The translations under genes were made by a program, and so were the position numbers. The notes under the pieces were generated by a model. That model was not told the origin of the DNA. It searched no databases and saw nothing but the letters and a program-made list of their open reading frames with translations. A stretch of 63,149 nt of DNA, counting the filler, from Octopus bimaculoides (lineage: Eukaryota), in NCBI RefSeq assembly GCF_001194135.2. It is 3 parts of 3 records of this genome, joined end to end, with 100 filler letters (N's around TTAATTAATTAA, not from the genome) between each part and the next. Parts side by side here need not be neighbours in the genome. Positions count along the whole stretch, not along the records: positions 52,119 to 63,149 come from NC_068983.1; 2 more parts are not named here. The stretch is one strand, 5' to 3'. Shown piece by piece: positions 62,902 through 63,149 of the stretch (positions within the stretch are counted from its first letter, which is position 1; every line of letters begins with the position of its first letter).

Positions 62902-62997
62902 TTTATTACAAAATTTTAAAATGACTACACATTTTGAGACTCAGGTGCATTTTCAAGCCTTAAAACAGATTCTTCTATATATGTATATATGTACACG

Positions 62998-63050
<53 letters not shown>

Positions 63051-63149
63051 GATGTTGAGGGTAAATTTGGCACATAGCATTAAAGGAAAAGAAAGTACAA
63101 TATCCCATTCAAAAATAAAAGCATTTTAAAAGATCAAACAATATCAACT

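Overview
This is repeat-saturated eukaryotic non-coding DNA. About 8.6 kb is N gaps, nearly all flanked by (TA)n, (CA)n or trinucleotide microsatellites. The AT-richness, microsatellite load and tRNA-SINE set point to a coleoid cephalopod, most likely Octopus (inference). I can support no intact host protein-coding gene; almost all ORF-track entries are microsatellite or N read-through. Recognisable coding remnants are all mobile elements: Penelope-like (PLE) RT (6.1-7.2 kb) and GIY-YIG endonuclease (61.5-61.9 kb), a Ty3/Gypsy pol (13.0-15.6 kb), a separate Gypsy LTR-PBS-gag stub (9.6-10.3 kb), RTE, CR1-group and R4-like LINE 3' ends, several mariner fragments, a piggyBac-type MITE dimer, and at least four tRNA-SINE families. 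The most interesting signal is about 14 hammerhead-ribozyme (HHR)-like motifs in several short repeat families. They include a ~360-nt tandem/fold-back unit with a type I HHR and palindromic stem III (18.7-19.7 kb, with a diverged permuted copy at 22.7 kb), a candidate cephalopod retrozyme, and a fold-back PLE end whose HHR has a ~50-nt stem II insertion (41.1-41.6 kb). All copies here carry core mutations, so activity is inferred for the family consensus only. Two 44N-TTAATTAATTAA-44N spacers are assembly joins, so the three segments they separate may not be true neighbours.
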